NCBI GenBank assembly: GCA_027366155.1
Contig: DAHXKV010000055.1
Coordinates: forward strand, 1-50,209
Direction: 5' to 3'
DNA: 50,209 bases
From: Candidatus Micrarchaeota archaeon
GTDB taxonomy: Archaea; Micrarchaeota; Micrarchaeia; Micrarchaeales; CABMGC01
The notes below the pieces were generated by a model. It saw only the letters and a list, made by a program, of their open reading frames with translations, ran no database searches and had not been told where the DNA came from. Position numbers and translations under genes: made by a program. Of this stretch, positions 1-8,723 are shown in pieces. How positions within the stretch are numbered: the stretch's first letter is position 1; each line of letters begins with the position of its first letter.

Positions 1-1128
1 GAGCAGATAAGCGAAGGCAGGAACCAGTCAAAGCCATGCAGACACAGGTCATCAAGCATAAAGGAAAACCGGGATGCATGGCATTCCATGCTCTCCAAGA
101 GACCCGACAGCGAAGCCGCCAGCGCGATTCTACGCCTGAAAGGCGACATGGAGTCACAGAACACTGCGATGCGCGATCCGACCCTCTTCAGGATAAAGCT
201 GCAGGAGCACTACCGCCAAGGCAGCAAGTACTATGTATGGCCAACATACGACTTCAATACGCCAATAATGGACTCTATAAAGGGAATAACTGACGCAATA
301 AGGAGCAAGGAATACGAGCTCAGGGACGAGGTCTATTATACTGTTCTGGAGAAATTGGGCCTTAGGAAACCAAGGCTGCACAGCGTGGCAAGGCTCGAGA
401 TAGAGAACAATGTTACATCGAAGCGCAAGATAAACGAGCTAATACGGGAAGGGCTAATCCTTGGATACGAAGACCCACGGCTGGTTACAATAGCCGCGCT
501 GCGCCACAGGGGCATATCTCCGCAGGCGATAAAGAGCTTCGTCCTGAGATTCGGGATGAGCAAGACCAACAGCAAGGTTAGCATGGAGATGCTCCTCGCC
601 GAGAACCGCAAACTGGCCGAGCCGAAGGCAGCAAGGCTCTTTTTCGTCGAGAATCCAAAAAAGCTCACTGTAAAAGGGATCCCGGAAACAGAGCAAAAAA
701 TAAAAATCAGGGTCAATCCGAATGAAGAATCCGGATACAGGGAATACAGGCTAAACGACACTTTCTTTATAAATACATACGATGCAATTAAGTTAAAAAC
801 GGGCGACAGGGTAAGACTTAAGGACGCCTTCGAGATAAAGGCCGAAGGCATAACAAAAGACGGAATAACGGGAACATATCAGCAGACAGAGACTAAAGGC
901 GTCCAAAAGCTACAGTGGGTAAACAAGGGTAGTTTCGTGAAAGCGAAAATTTCGATAGTCGGGAACCTCCTCAAAGATGGGGAGTTCAGCAAGGAAAGCC
1001 TCGAGACGAAAGAAGGCTATCTGGAATCCTACGCAAACGCCTTGGAAGAAGGGACTGTAGTGCAGTTCGAAGGAATTGGGTTATTTGTTCTTGCTAAAAA
1101 GGACTGGATGGGATTCATATCTCTTTAA
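1..1128 (+). CDS. gltX: Glutamyl-tRNA synthetase, archaeal/eukaryotic Glx type (5' end cut by the window edge)
   Basis: Frame 1 is open from nt 1. The translation shows class-I GlxRS hallmarks: RDPTLFRI, VWPTYDFNTPIMDS, the KMSKS-equivalent VTSKRKI, and EDPRLVTIAALRHRGISPQAIKSF. A C-terminal anticodon-binding region follows. Confidence 0.85.
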   Translation, partial: EQISEGRNQSKPCRHRSSSIKENRDAWHSMLSKRPDSEAASAILRLKGDMESQNTAMRDPTLFRIKLQEHYRQGSKYYVWPTYDFNTPIMDSIKGITDAIRSKEYELRDEVYYTVLEKLGLRKPRLHSVARLEIENNVTSKRKINELIREGLILGYEDPRLVTIAALRHRGISPQAIKSFVLRFGMSKTNSKVSMEMLLAENRKLAEPKAARLFFVENPKKLTVKGIPETEQKIKIRVNPNEESGYREYRLNDTFFINTYDAIKLKTGDRVRLKDAFEIKAEGITKDGITGTYQQTETKGVQKLQWVNKGSFVKAKISIVGNLLKDGEFSKESLETKEGYLESYANALEEGTVVQFEGIGLFVLAKKDWMGFISL

Positions 1129-1141
1129 ATGGGTTGGGTGG

Positions 1142-1780
1142 ATGAGTGGCATATTGTTGAAAAATGAGGAGAGTGGGGAGGCGAGGGCACATGAGACCTT
1201 CGAAAAAGGTATACTGCGGAAGATAATACGGCAGAATTGGGAAAATGCATCTGCAGATCCAAGAGTATCCCAGGCGCTGGAGGAGCACGCTTCCCGCATG
1301 GAAAGCATTATGGGCACACTCGATTACGGCGCAATATGTATGCCAAATGTCATTTCAAACTCGAAGCGCATGTCATTCAAGGAGCTCACAGCATACCTGA
1401 CCCTTATAGAATCCTTGGGCATAGGCTACAAAAGCTGGTTCAACAGCGAATTTGCAAATATCTTTGTTGCAGGGCTTACGCTAAAAGCAAGGGACACACA
1501 CTCCGCGCTGCGGTATCTGGAAGGATTCGTCTCCGGGATGGAAAAGCGCATATCATACTACCAAAAACTCTCTGAAAAGGAGAACAAGACGCTGGACCAG
1601 CTGATTGCGGAATACGAGGGCAAGAACTCCGGCATGTTCCGGTTCTTCAAGAAAGGAGAGCTGAATGCATTGCTGCGGATGATAAACATCCGGAAAAGGA
1701 AAGCCCACAGGTTTTCAAGGAAGGCAACAAAATACAATGAGATAGTAATAAAGACAAGAAAAGGAGCAACAAAGGCCTAG
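1142..1780 (+). CDS. Hypothetical helical protein with a strongly basic C-terminal tail
   Basis: The in-frame ATG at 1142 lies 13 nt after the gltX stop. I recognised no family motif. The tail reads KRKAHRFSRKATKYNEIVIKTRKGATKA. The stop overlaps the rpiB stop (CTAG). Confidence 0.45.
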   Translation: MSGILLKNEESGEARAHETFEKGILRKIIRQNWENASADPRVSQALEEHASRMESIMGTLDYGAICMPNVISNSKRMSFKELTAYLTLIESLGIGYKSWFNSEFANIFVAGLTLKARDTHSALRYLEGFVSGMEKRISYYQKLSEKENKTLDQLIAEYEGKNSGMFRFFKKGELNALLRMINIRKRKAHRFSRKATKYNEIVIKTRKGATKA

Positions 1781-2226
1781 TGTCTTCCTTCCAGCTTGCG
1801 TATCTTGGCAATCCTTCTGATATGCCTATCTTCCATCGAAAAAGGCACTCTGATCCAGATGCCCACTATTTTCTTGGCAAGGGATGGCTTTACAAACCTT
1901 TCCCCGAGGCAGAGTACATTCACATCTCCGTGGGTTTTCGCTATGAATGCAGATTCCTCATCCCAGCAAACCGAGGCATGTACTCCCATTATCTTGTTTG
2001 CTGCCCTATCCATTCCCTGCCCCGAGCCGCAGATCAGGATGCCCTTCGCCTTGTTCTTGACCACAGCCCTGGATACAATCTCTGCATATTCTGGATAGTC
2101 ATCATCCTTGTCATAGGAAAAAGGTCCCACGTCTACGACATTGAATCCGGATTTCCTCAGCCATTCGACCAGCTTGGTTTTGAGTCTTAGCCCGGCATGG
2201 TCACTCCCTAAATATATCGTATCCAT
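1777..2226 (-). CDS. rpiB: Ribose-5-phosphate isomerase B (RpiB/LacAB family)
   Basis: The protein begins MDTIYLGSDHAGLRLK and contains ILICGSGQGM and HGDVNVLCLGERF, at about 149 aa. I placed the start at the second Met (2226), which matches the family N-terminus. Confidence 0.85.
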   Translation of the reverse strand: MDTIYLGSDHAGLRLKTKLVEWLRKSGFNVVDVGPFSYDKDDDYPEYAEIVSRAVVKNKAKGILICGSGQGMDRAANKIMGVHASVCWDEESAFIAKTHGDVNVLCLGERFVKPSLAKKIVGIWIRVPFSMEDRHIRRIAKIRKLEGRH

Positions 2227-2300
2227 GCGTTTATATTGAAAGAAAACCTTTAACAACATGAGCGAACACCAACCCGGTTCGACAGACTAGCCTGGCTAGC

Positions 2301-2308
2301 TCTATAAA
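2301..2308 (+). promoter_or_regulatory. TATA-like box for the DRG gene (near-leaderless geometry)
   Basis: TCTATAAA is centred about 25 nt upstream of the ATG at 2330. Confidence 0.4.
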
Positions 2309-2329
2309 CTTTCACGCCGATACTATTCC

Positions 2330-3436
2330 ATGTCTGCATTGGAGGAAAAGCTGAAGGAGCTCAGGGACGAATACGCGAAGACAAAGCATAACAAGGCAAC
2401 CAATAAGCACCTGGGCATTCTGCGCAGGAAGATGGCAAATATCCGAAAAGAGATGACAAAGAAATCAGGCGGTCGAGGAGTCGGATTTGCAGTAAAGAAA
2501 ACTGGGGATTCTACCGTAGTGCTTGTCGGATTCCCGAATGCCGGCAAATCCTCTCTCCTCTCTGCAATAACCAATGCAGAATCTGAGATTGCAGCATACG
2601 AATTCACCACACTGGATGTGATACCCGGTACGATAAGCTACGGCGGCGCCCAGATACAGCTGCTTGACGTCCCAGGCCTTATAGAAGGGGCAAGCGAGGG
2701 AAAAGGCGGGGGCGCCAAAGTAGCAAGCGTGATAAGGGTAGCTGACATGCTTCTCATAATGCTTGACGTAAACAAGCCTGAAGGGCTGTTTAGCCTTCTT
2801 GATGAGCTCTACGGCCTGGGAATAAGGGCAAATGTGGACAGGCCCGGAATACGTATCGAAAAGAAAGCAACTGGGGGGGTAGAGATAGACGCAATGGGAC
2901 ACAAGATACCTCCGCGGAAGGAAATACTTGAAGTGCTTGGAGCATCGAGCATCTACAACTGCAGGATAATCTTTCAGAAGGACTCGAGCATTGAAGATAT
3001 CTCCGACTTCCTCGATCCAAGTGTTGTATACCTGAAGGCGCTTATAATTCTAAACAAAATAGACAGTGTGCCCCGCTCCTTCTGGGAAGGAATCAAGAAG
3101 GAAGTCGAGACCTCGACAGGGATAAAGACAATCCCGATAAGCGCATCCAACAAGACAAACACCGAATCGCTAAAGGCCCAGATATTCGGAGAACTGGGCC
3201 TTTTACGGATATACCTTAAGCCAAAAGACGCGGAACCCGACATGGAAAAGCCGATTATCGCAAAGACTGGGGCCACCGTACTTGATGTTGCAAGGGTACT
3301 CCACTCGAAAACAGCCAAGAGCCTAAAATATGCCTATATAAATGGGAAGAGCGCAAAGTTTACCAACCAGCGTTTCGGAAAGGAGCACGTTGTTGAGGAT
3401 GGAGACATAGTCACGCTGGTCTATGATAAGAGTTGA
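2330..3436 (+). CDS. DRG/Obg-family GTP-binding protein with a C-terminal TGS domain
   Basis: It has an N-terminal coiled segment, G1 GFPNAGKSSLL, G3 DVPGLIEGA, NKID, and a C-terminal TGS-like end (HVVEDGDIVTLV). Confidence 0.85.
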   Translation: MSALEEKLKELRDEYAKTKHNKATNKHLGILRRKMANIRKEMTKKSGGRGVGFAVKKTGDSTVVLVGFPNAGKSSLLSAITNAESEIAAYEFTTLDVIPGTISYGGAQIQLLDVPGLIEGASEGKGGGAKVASVIRVADMLLIMLDVNKPEGLFSLLDELYGLGIRANVDRPGIRIEKKATGGVEIDAMGHKIPPRKEILEVLGASSIYNCRIIFQKDSSIEDISDFLDPSVVYLKALIILNKIDSVPRSFWEGIKKEVETSTGIKTIPISASNKTNTESLKAQIFGELGLLRIYLKPKDAEPDMEKPIIAKTGATVLDVARVLHSKTAKSLKYAYINGKSAKFTNQRFGKEHVVEDGDIVTLVYDKS

Positions 3437-3440
3437 GTAT

Positions 3441-3938
3441 ATGCCTTTTGATCTGACATCCACATATAAACCAAGCCCCGAAGAGGCGCTGGAGCTAGGG
3501 TTCGGCAGGATATTCTCCAACGATGAGATAAGAGTAACGCCTGACATATCCGACGTGCCGACTTGTATAGTGGCCAATTCTGATCAGGGCCTCCTTGACA
3601 GGGCCATCAGGCGGCCAAATGTTGCAGGGATAGTAATAAACGACAGCGAACTGCTTCGGATGACCCTTGAAAAGCTTAAGGAAAACGAGAAGGCGCTGGT
3701 TCTTCCGCTACACCAGATAACCTGCGCCGAAACCAGGCAGAGGCTTAGGAACATCTACCGCATGAGAAGCCTACTGGGTTCCGCATTCAGGTATGGGGCA
3801 GATGTTGCCGTGGCAACACTCGCCGAAAACAAAACATGCCTTCTTTCTTCACAACAGATGGTAGAAGTATGCATGTTCCTTGGAGCAAACAGCAAACAGG
3901 CCGACTCGATGGTATCGCGGCTAGGCGAAATGCTATGA
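3441..3938 (+). CDS. rnp3: RNase P protein component 3 (Rpp30-like), unusually short
   Basis: The C-terminal half lines up by eye with archaeal Rpp30: KALVLPLHQI...RLRNIYRMRSLLGSAFRYGADVAVATLAE...QMVEVCMFLG. It sits directly upstream of Pop5, a classic pairing. An alternative ATG lies at 3423. Confidence 0.6.
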   Translation: MPFDLTSTYKPSPEEALELGFGRIFSNDEIRVTPDISDVPTCIVANSDQGLLDRAIRRPNVAGIVINDSELLRMTLEKLKENEKALVLPLHQITCAETRQRLRNIYRMRSLLGSAFRYGADVAVATLAENKTCLLSSQQMVEVCMFLGANSKQADSMVSRLGEML

Positions 3939-4270
3939 TACTAAAAAGAAAATACAGGTATGTGGCAGTCAGGAGCTCCTCGCCTATTGATGCTTCTGCA
4001 CAGGAGAACAGGATTACTGCAGAGATTCTGCGCGTGATTGGCGAGCTTTCATACTCTGAGGCAAACCCCAAGATCGTCTCCCAGACAAGCAAGACATTCT
4101 TCATAATAAGAGTCAATAGGGGTCATGAAAAAAGGCTGGTGCTGGCCCTTGCGTTCATAAAGAGGGTAGGAGAGATGCCAATCGGACTTTTCTCCATAAA
4201 GACCTCGGGAACAATAAGGAGCCTAAAATATCTCCCCGACAATCCTGGTGACCCCGCCCCTAAGGCTTAA
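3935..4270 (+). CDS. rnp2: RNase P protein component 2 (Pop5/Rpp14-like)
   Basis: It shows an ATGA start/stop overlap with Rpp30. The sequence is KRKYRYVAVRSSSP...IIRVNRGHEKRLVLALAFIKRVG...IKTSGTIRSLK, about 111 aa, and is Pop5-like. Confidence 0.65.
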   Translation: MILKRKYRYVAVRSSSPIDASAQENRITAEILRVIGELSYSEANPKIVSQTSKTFFIIRVNRGHEKRLVLALAFIKRVGEMPIGLFSIKTSGTIRSLKYLPDNPGDPAPKA

Positions 4271-4543
4271 GGTCTCCACCATGGCGTTCTCATTTATAGC
4301 TTCAGCCACATACCTTGAGGTATTGCCATGGTAGCAAACGAACACATGATTGCGGAACTTTGCAGCCTCTGCTTTGTCTGCAAAGGCGAGTTCGTTAGGC
4401 TTGGCTGATACCATCTCTTCACTGCCCAAGCCCAGAAGCTCACGTATGTACTCTACAGGCTCCCTCCCGAGCCAGACCATCTTTGTCCTGTGCTTTTTTA
4501 TGAATGACACAGCCTCCTCAAAATCAATCTCCTTGACGCTCAT
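4223..4543 (-). CDS. Single-domain rhodanese-like sulfurtransferase
   Basis: At about 106 aa it carries an active-site loop FVCYHGNTSRYVA and a LRGG motif near the C-terminus. Confidence 0.6.
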   Translation of the reverse strand: MSVKEIDFEEAVSFIKKHRTKMVWLGREPVEYIRELLGLGSEEMVSAKPNELAFADKAEAAKFRNHVFVCYHGNTSRYVAEAINENAMVETLSLRGGVTRIVGEIF

Positions 4544-4691
4544 CCGATCCCTTTAAATAACGCTTACTACCTTCTTCGGGAGTTCATATAACCCTATCCT
4601 AAGCATCCTCCCCCCTGCCGCAGCACAGACAAAGGTTATTATATTTAATCCCGAATAAATTATTTGCTATTTATCAGCACACGGTGAATGA

Positions 4692-5048
4692 ATGAACATA
4701 AGTGATCTAAAAGCAGGAGCGTCAAATGTTGATGTTGAAGCTGTAGTTACTGAAAAGGACGAACCAAGGGAAGTTACTACGAAATACGGGAAGAAGCTAA
4801 ACGTATGCAATGCAATGCTGCAGGATGATACTGGCAGCATCGCAATCTCTCTCTGGGGAGACAACATAGACTTAGTAAGCGTAGGCGACAAGGTAAAGAT
4901 AACAAACGGCTACGTAAGCGAATTCAGGGGAACCCCTCAACTGTCTACCGGAAAGTTCGGCAAGATAGAAGTGCTAAGCAAAGGATCAGGAAGCCCGAGC
5001 GCGTCTTCCGAAAGTGAAGAGGAGTCTGAATCGGAAGAGGAAATGTAA
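4692..5048 (+). CDS. Single OB-fold ssDNA-binding protein (SSB/RPA-like) with an acidic Ser/Glu tail
   Basis: The OB-fold pattern reads VDVEAVVTEKDEPREVTTKYGKKLNVCNAMLQDDTGSIAISLWGD...GDKVKITNGYVSEFRGTPQLS. The tail is SSESEEESESEEEM. GGTGA lies just upstream of the ATG. Confidence 0.7.
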   Translation: MNISDLKAGASNVDVEAVVTEKDEPREVTTKYGKKLNVCNAMLQDDTGSIAISLWGDNIDLVSVGDKVKITNGYVSEFRGTPQLSTGKFGKIEVLSKGSGSPSASSESEEESESEEEM

Positions 5049-5051
5049 TAC

Positions 5052-5744
5052 TTATTTCCTATTCCTATCTGATGATATTAGTCTCTTAATGGCATTGAAC
5101 GCAACTGGCGTCTCCTCCTCCTTTATTATGAAAATCTCTTCGCTGAGGGTGGAGACAACCTCAAATATATTAACGTTCTCCCAGCTAAGCGCCTTAGTGA
5201 ACATGTACAGCAGACCAATCTCCTCGGCAGCCTTCTCAGGCACGCGCACGGTAACCGAGGAGAGGCCTGAGACCACTTTCTTGACCTTTTTCTTATTGAA
5301 CAGGTCCACTATCTCCTCCATGTATCTCTCATTGGAAATTACTGTAATCTCATAAAGGCCCTGCGTGATTGTGAGAAAGTCCCCCTTGCTAAAATCCACA
5401 AGGGCGTAAACCTTAGATGACGAGGCCACAGTCTCAAAGTCCTTTGAAACTGTCAGCTCGAAGATCCCTGAGGCGATGGTAATGTCTGCGCCATCGAGCC
5501 TGATGTTGCCCCCTCTCACGAAACTTTCCTTAAGCGTTTCAGAGAACCGCCTTATTGCCATGACTATGGCGTACCTATTCACCTCCTTCCTCATGGCCTT
5601 CTCGACTTCCGGCTTTATCATGTCTGCAAGATAAGCGTAGTTTATTATGTCATTGACCAGGGCCTCCTCAAGAAACGGCTTCCTGCCTATTATGTCCTCG
5701 ACTATCCGTGATACGGTAACCATAAAACCAACATGCGATAACAT
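5052..5744 (-). CDS. Conserved-looking archaeal protein with a probable C-terminal ACT-like domain
   Basis: This is a 230-aa ORF. The C-terminal segment GLLYMFTKALSWENVNIFEVVSTLSEEIFIIKEEE resembles an ACT ligand-binding fold. The function call is weak. Confidence 0.45.
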   Translation of the reverse strand: MLSHVGFMVTVSRIVEDIIGRKPFLEEALVNDIINYAYLADMIKPEVEKAMRKEVNRYAIVMAIRRFSETLKESFVRGGNIRLDGADITIASGIFELTVSKDFETVASSSKVYALVDFSKGDFLTITQGLYEITVISNERYMEEIVDLFNKKKVKKVVSGLSSVTVRVPEKAAEEIGLLYMFTKALSWENVNIFEVVSTLSEEIFIIKEEETPVAFNAIKRLISSDRNRK

Positions 5745-5888
5745 TTATATATAAAACAATCTAAATAATATTATGTTAGTGCAATAACATTATATATTTA
5801 TACTCCTGCGCTGACATTAATCAGGGAAAAGCGGTAAGAGGGTGGGGAACCTTCCTTTTCCACATACTGCATCTACGCGCACGCCGAT

Positions 5889-7142
5889 TCAGAAGTCTAT
5901 GTTTACAATATCGCCGTTCGCCGGCGCGTAGGCCTCAAAGCCCTCCAGCTCAAGCCATTCCTTGAAGGCTACAGTGCTTTCTTCGTCTCCGTGCACGCAT
6001 ATGACTGTGTGCGGGCTCGCCCTCCTTACGTAATCATACAAGTCATTCTGACCGGCATGTGCCGAGAGGTCATAAAACGCGAATGGGGTCTTTATAAATA
6101 CTTTCTGCCCGTCAATGATCAACGGCTTGTTCTCCAGGAGCCTGCGCCCGTTAGTGTTTTCGGCCTGGAAGCCTGTAAGGAATATCATCGACCTGCTGTT
6201 GAGCTTTGTTATGTAATTAAGCGCAGGCCCGCCGCTGAGCATGCCTGCAGTAGTAACTATTATGCTACCTCCCTCGCTTACTGCCTCCTCCCTCTCGTTC
6301 GACTTTCTCAAGGTCTTTACCCTGGTCATTGCATTCTTTAGGAGGCTCATGTTGTCGACAAATTCGGGAAACTGCATGGTTATTGACGTAGCCTCCCTGG
6401 CCATCCCGTCCAGATAAGTGAAATTGGTCAGCTTGTGCTTTTCAAGGATCGCAAGCACTTCCTGGCTCCGCCCTACTGCAAAAACAGGTATGAGCGCAGT
6501 CCCGTTATTTTCTATGATCTCCTTTATGCTCTCAACAAATAGCTTTATCAGGTTCTCCCTGTCCGGGTGCTCCTTTATCGCATATGTCGACTCTATTACG
6601 AGCGTGTCTCCTTCCACGACGTCTGCCCCGGAATGAAGAGTCTGCGGAGAAAGCTTGAAATCCCCGGTATATACTACCTTTTTCCCATTCCTTCGGTTCT
6701 CTATGCTTGTTATCGAACTGCCGGTTATATGGCCCGCATCATGCAACTTTATCTCATAATCACCAAACTCGATCCCCTCTCCGTACTTGTAAGTTGTAAA
6801 GGAATTCATGTAAGATCTCAATTCGGTTTTCTTGAATTTCGGGTGCAGGTGCTTCTTCTTGTTGAGCTCTATCGAGTCCTCGATCAGTAACTGGGCAAGC
6901 CTCTTCGTCGGCTCCGTGCCGAATGCGGCAGGCATCGCCGAATGGTACAATGAAGGGGAGAAACCGCTATGGTCCAGATGCGCATGGCTAAGGACATAAG
7001 CGTCAACTTTTCCTGCAGGCATCGGATAGCCTACCTTTTCCTCCACTTTTATTCCGTAATCCAAGAGTATGTTTTTGTTTCCCCTGAGCAGGATTCCTGA
7101 CCTTCCCACTTCCCTTCCTGCCCCTAGTATTTGCACGTCCAA
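5889..7142 (-). CDS. Metallo-beta-lactamase / beta-CASP ribonuclease (aCPSF2- or RNase-J-like, no KH domains)
   Basis: The motifs are HAHLDHSG (HxHxDH), DAGHITGS, ESTY, and a C-terminal VHGDEE. Size is about 417 aa. The start is TTG at 7142, or GTG at 7136. Confidence 0.8.
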   Translation of the reverse strand: MDVQILGAGREVGRSGILLRGNKNILLDYGIKVEEKVGYPMPAGKVDAYVLSHAHLDHSGFSPSLYHSAMPAAFGTEPTKRLAQLLIEDSIELNKKKHLHPKFKKTELRSYMNSFTTYKYGEGIEFGDYEIKLHDAGHITGSSITSIENRRNGKKVVYTGDFKLSPQTLHSGADVVEGDTLVIESTYAIKEHPDRENLIKLFVESIKEIIENNGTALIPVFAVGRSQEVLAILEKHKLTNFTYLDGMAREATSITMQFPEFVDNMSLLKNAMTRVKTLRKSNEREEAVSEGGSIIVTTAGMLSGGPALNYITKLNSRSMIFLTGFQAENTNGRRLLENKPLIIDGQKVFIKTPFAFYDLSAHAGQNDLYDYVRRASPHTVICVHGDEESTVAFKEWLELEGFEAYAPANGDIVNIDF

Positions 7143-7307
7143 AAAATCACTTACTTATAATAACAATAAAACTTATTAAATGAATACCAACTGCGTATCC
7201 CAAACCACGAGCCAAATTCATCCTCGCCGGCCAGACAACCGCCCAGCCCACTCCCGAAAACACAATCAACCCTTTTATTTGTTTCCATCAAAGTAAATAG
7301 CGTTTTC

Positions 7308-8102
7308 ATGCCGGATGAGATAACATTCATGGATCTTGCCTCGCTTCTGAGCATAACTCCCAACACGCCACTGGAGAAACTCGGCAGCGCAATAAACGCA
7401 AGCATATTCGACGCGTCTAACATAGCCGGCGGCCTCAAGCAGAAGGGACTCATAGTGTTCAGTGCAAACTACCCAGGCCCGAATGCGATAACCATCACAG
7501 AGGCTGGAAGAGAGCTCATACGAGACGCCGACTCCAGAAGCAGCGCACCTACAGACCCACTCGACGAGTCAATACTCGCGCAGCTTTCAGGCGGCAAGCG
7601 CATACCGATAGAGCTGCAGAACACGCTAAACATACGGCCTAAGGACCTTGCGATGAGGATATACAAGCTCAGCAAACAGGGACTTCTCGTCTACGAGCTC
7701 AAAAACGGAGGTGTCGAGCTGCTGCTTACGGAACAAGGCTTCCTCCGCTCAAAAAGCCTCCCAATGCAAAACCAGCCAGCTCCCGTATCGGCCAATCCTA
7801 ATGCCAATTCTCCAAATGCACCATTACGCACCGTCCAGCCCCAGCCACCTCTTCAGCCACAGACGGACAGCGGCAAAATAGAAGTACATCTGGCCAATCT
7901 GGACCAGGCATCACCTCAACGCCAGGTACCTGCGCAACAGGAAGTCCAGGTGCCTGGACAGGCGCAGAACCAGCCCCAACAGCCTCCTCAAATCCCGAGC
8001 AAAAGCCCAGGAAAAGGCAGAATGCAGGTCACGGTTGCACTTGTGGTTGTAGTGATAATCATTATTGCTTTGGCTCTGGTATACTACCTAAAGTTTAGAT
8101 GA
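7308..8102 (+). CDS. Hypothetical tail-anchored protein: two wHTH-like repeats, a Pro/Gln-rich linker, and a C-terminal TM helix
   Basis: An internal repeat is visible (GGLKQKGLIVF...ITITEAGRELI versus YKLSKQGLLVY...LLLTEQGFL). The P/Q-rich stretch spans aa 150-237. The terminal hydrophobic segment is VTVALVVVVIIIIALALVYYL. Confidence 0.6.
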   Translation: MPDEITFMDLASLLSITPNTPLEKLGSAINASIFDASNIAGGLKQKGLIVFSANYPGPNAITITEAGRELIRDADSRSSAPTDPLDESILAQLSGGKRIPIELQNTLNIRPKDLAMRIYKLSKQGLLVYELKNGGVELLLTEQGFLRSKSLPMQNQPAPVSANPNANSPNAPLRTVQPQPPLQPQTDSGKIEVHLANLDQASPQRQVPAQQEVQVPGQAQNQPQQPPQIPSKSPGKGRMQVTVALVVVVIIIIALALVYYLKFR

Positions 8103-8108
8103 TTGGAC

Positions 8109-8723
8109 ATGCTTCTCGAATACTTCAAGGCAAAGAAATTGCTTGAAGCACACGGAATAAAGAGCATAGAAAGCGCATATGTCTTCAGCGCCGCCGAAGC
8201 CCTTTCTTTCTCTAAAGGCAGGCCGATTGTAATGAAGGTAATATCCGACAAGGCACTCCACAAGTCCAAGGCCGGACTTGTAATGCTCAATCTATCCGGC
8301 AAAGACCAGATAGAAGAAGCATTCAAGACACTAAGCAGGAAAGGCAAAAGCCTGGGAAGCTACCGCATAATAGCCCAGCTCATGTCTCCCGGGGGGATAG
8401 AAATGATAATAGGTGGCAACGAAGACCCGCAGTTCGGAAAAATGGTTCTCATAGGATTAGGTGGCATATACGTAGAGATATTCCGGGATTTTTCCATGAT
8501 GTCATGCCCAATAGCGAAAAAGGATGCCTCGGTCATGGTATCCTCGCTCAAGTCCTCAAAGATTGTCGCAGGCAGCGGGCAAGCCGAGGAACTGCTTGAA
8601 GATCTGCTCATGCGTATATCACGCCTGCTGCTCGCAAATCCGGAAATAAAGGAATTGGATCTAAATCCCGTAATAATACACAAGGACAGTTATGACGTAG
8701 TAGACATAAGGATGATCACATGA
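8109..8723 (+). CDS. acdB: Acetyl-CoA synthetase (ADP-forming), beta subunit (ATP-grasp)
   Basis: The sequence runs LLEYFKAKKLLEAHGI...VMKVISDKALHKSKAGLV...IEMIIGG..DPQFG...ELDLNPV. An ATGA overlap joins it to the alpha subunit gene. Confidence 0.75.
   Translation: MLLEYFKAKKLLEAHGIKSIESAYVFSAAEALSFSKGRPIVMKVISDKALHKSKAGLVMLNLSGKDQIEEAFKTLSRKGKSLGSYRIIAQLMSPGGIEMIIGGNEDPQFGKMVLIGLGGIYVEIFRDFSMMSCPIAKKDASVMVSSLKSSKIVAGSGQAEELLEDLLMRISRLLLANPEIKELDLNPVIIHKDSYDVVDIRMIT

Noticed and set aside
36-293. An 85-aa + strand ORF at the left edge.
   Set aside because: It overlaps the gltX reading frame, which is open from nt 1 and carries GluRS motifs. The ORF is an out-of-frame artefact.
2268-2300. 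tRNA-like fragments (GGTTCGA followed by TAGCCTGGCTAG) hinting at a split or permuted tRNA.
   Set aside because: No acceptor, anticodon or T stems can be paired, and the T-loop-like element has no complementary arm. The second element is simply a palindrome in a promoter region.
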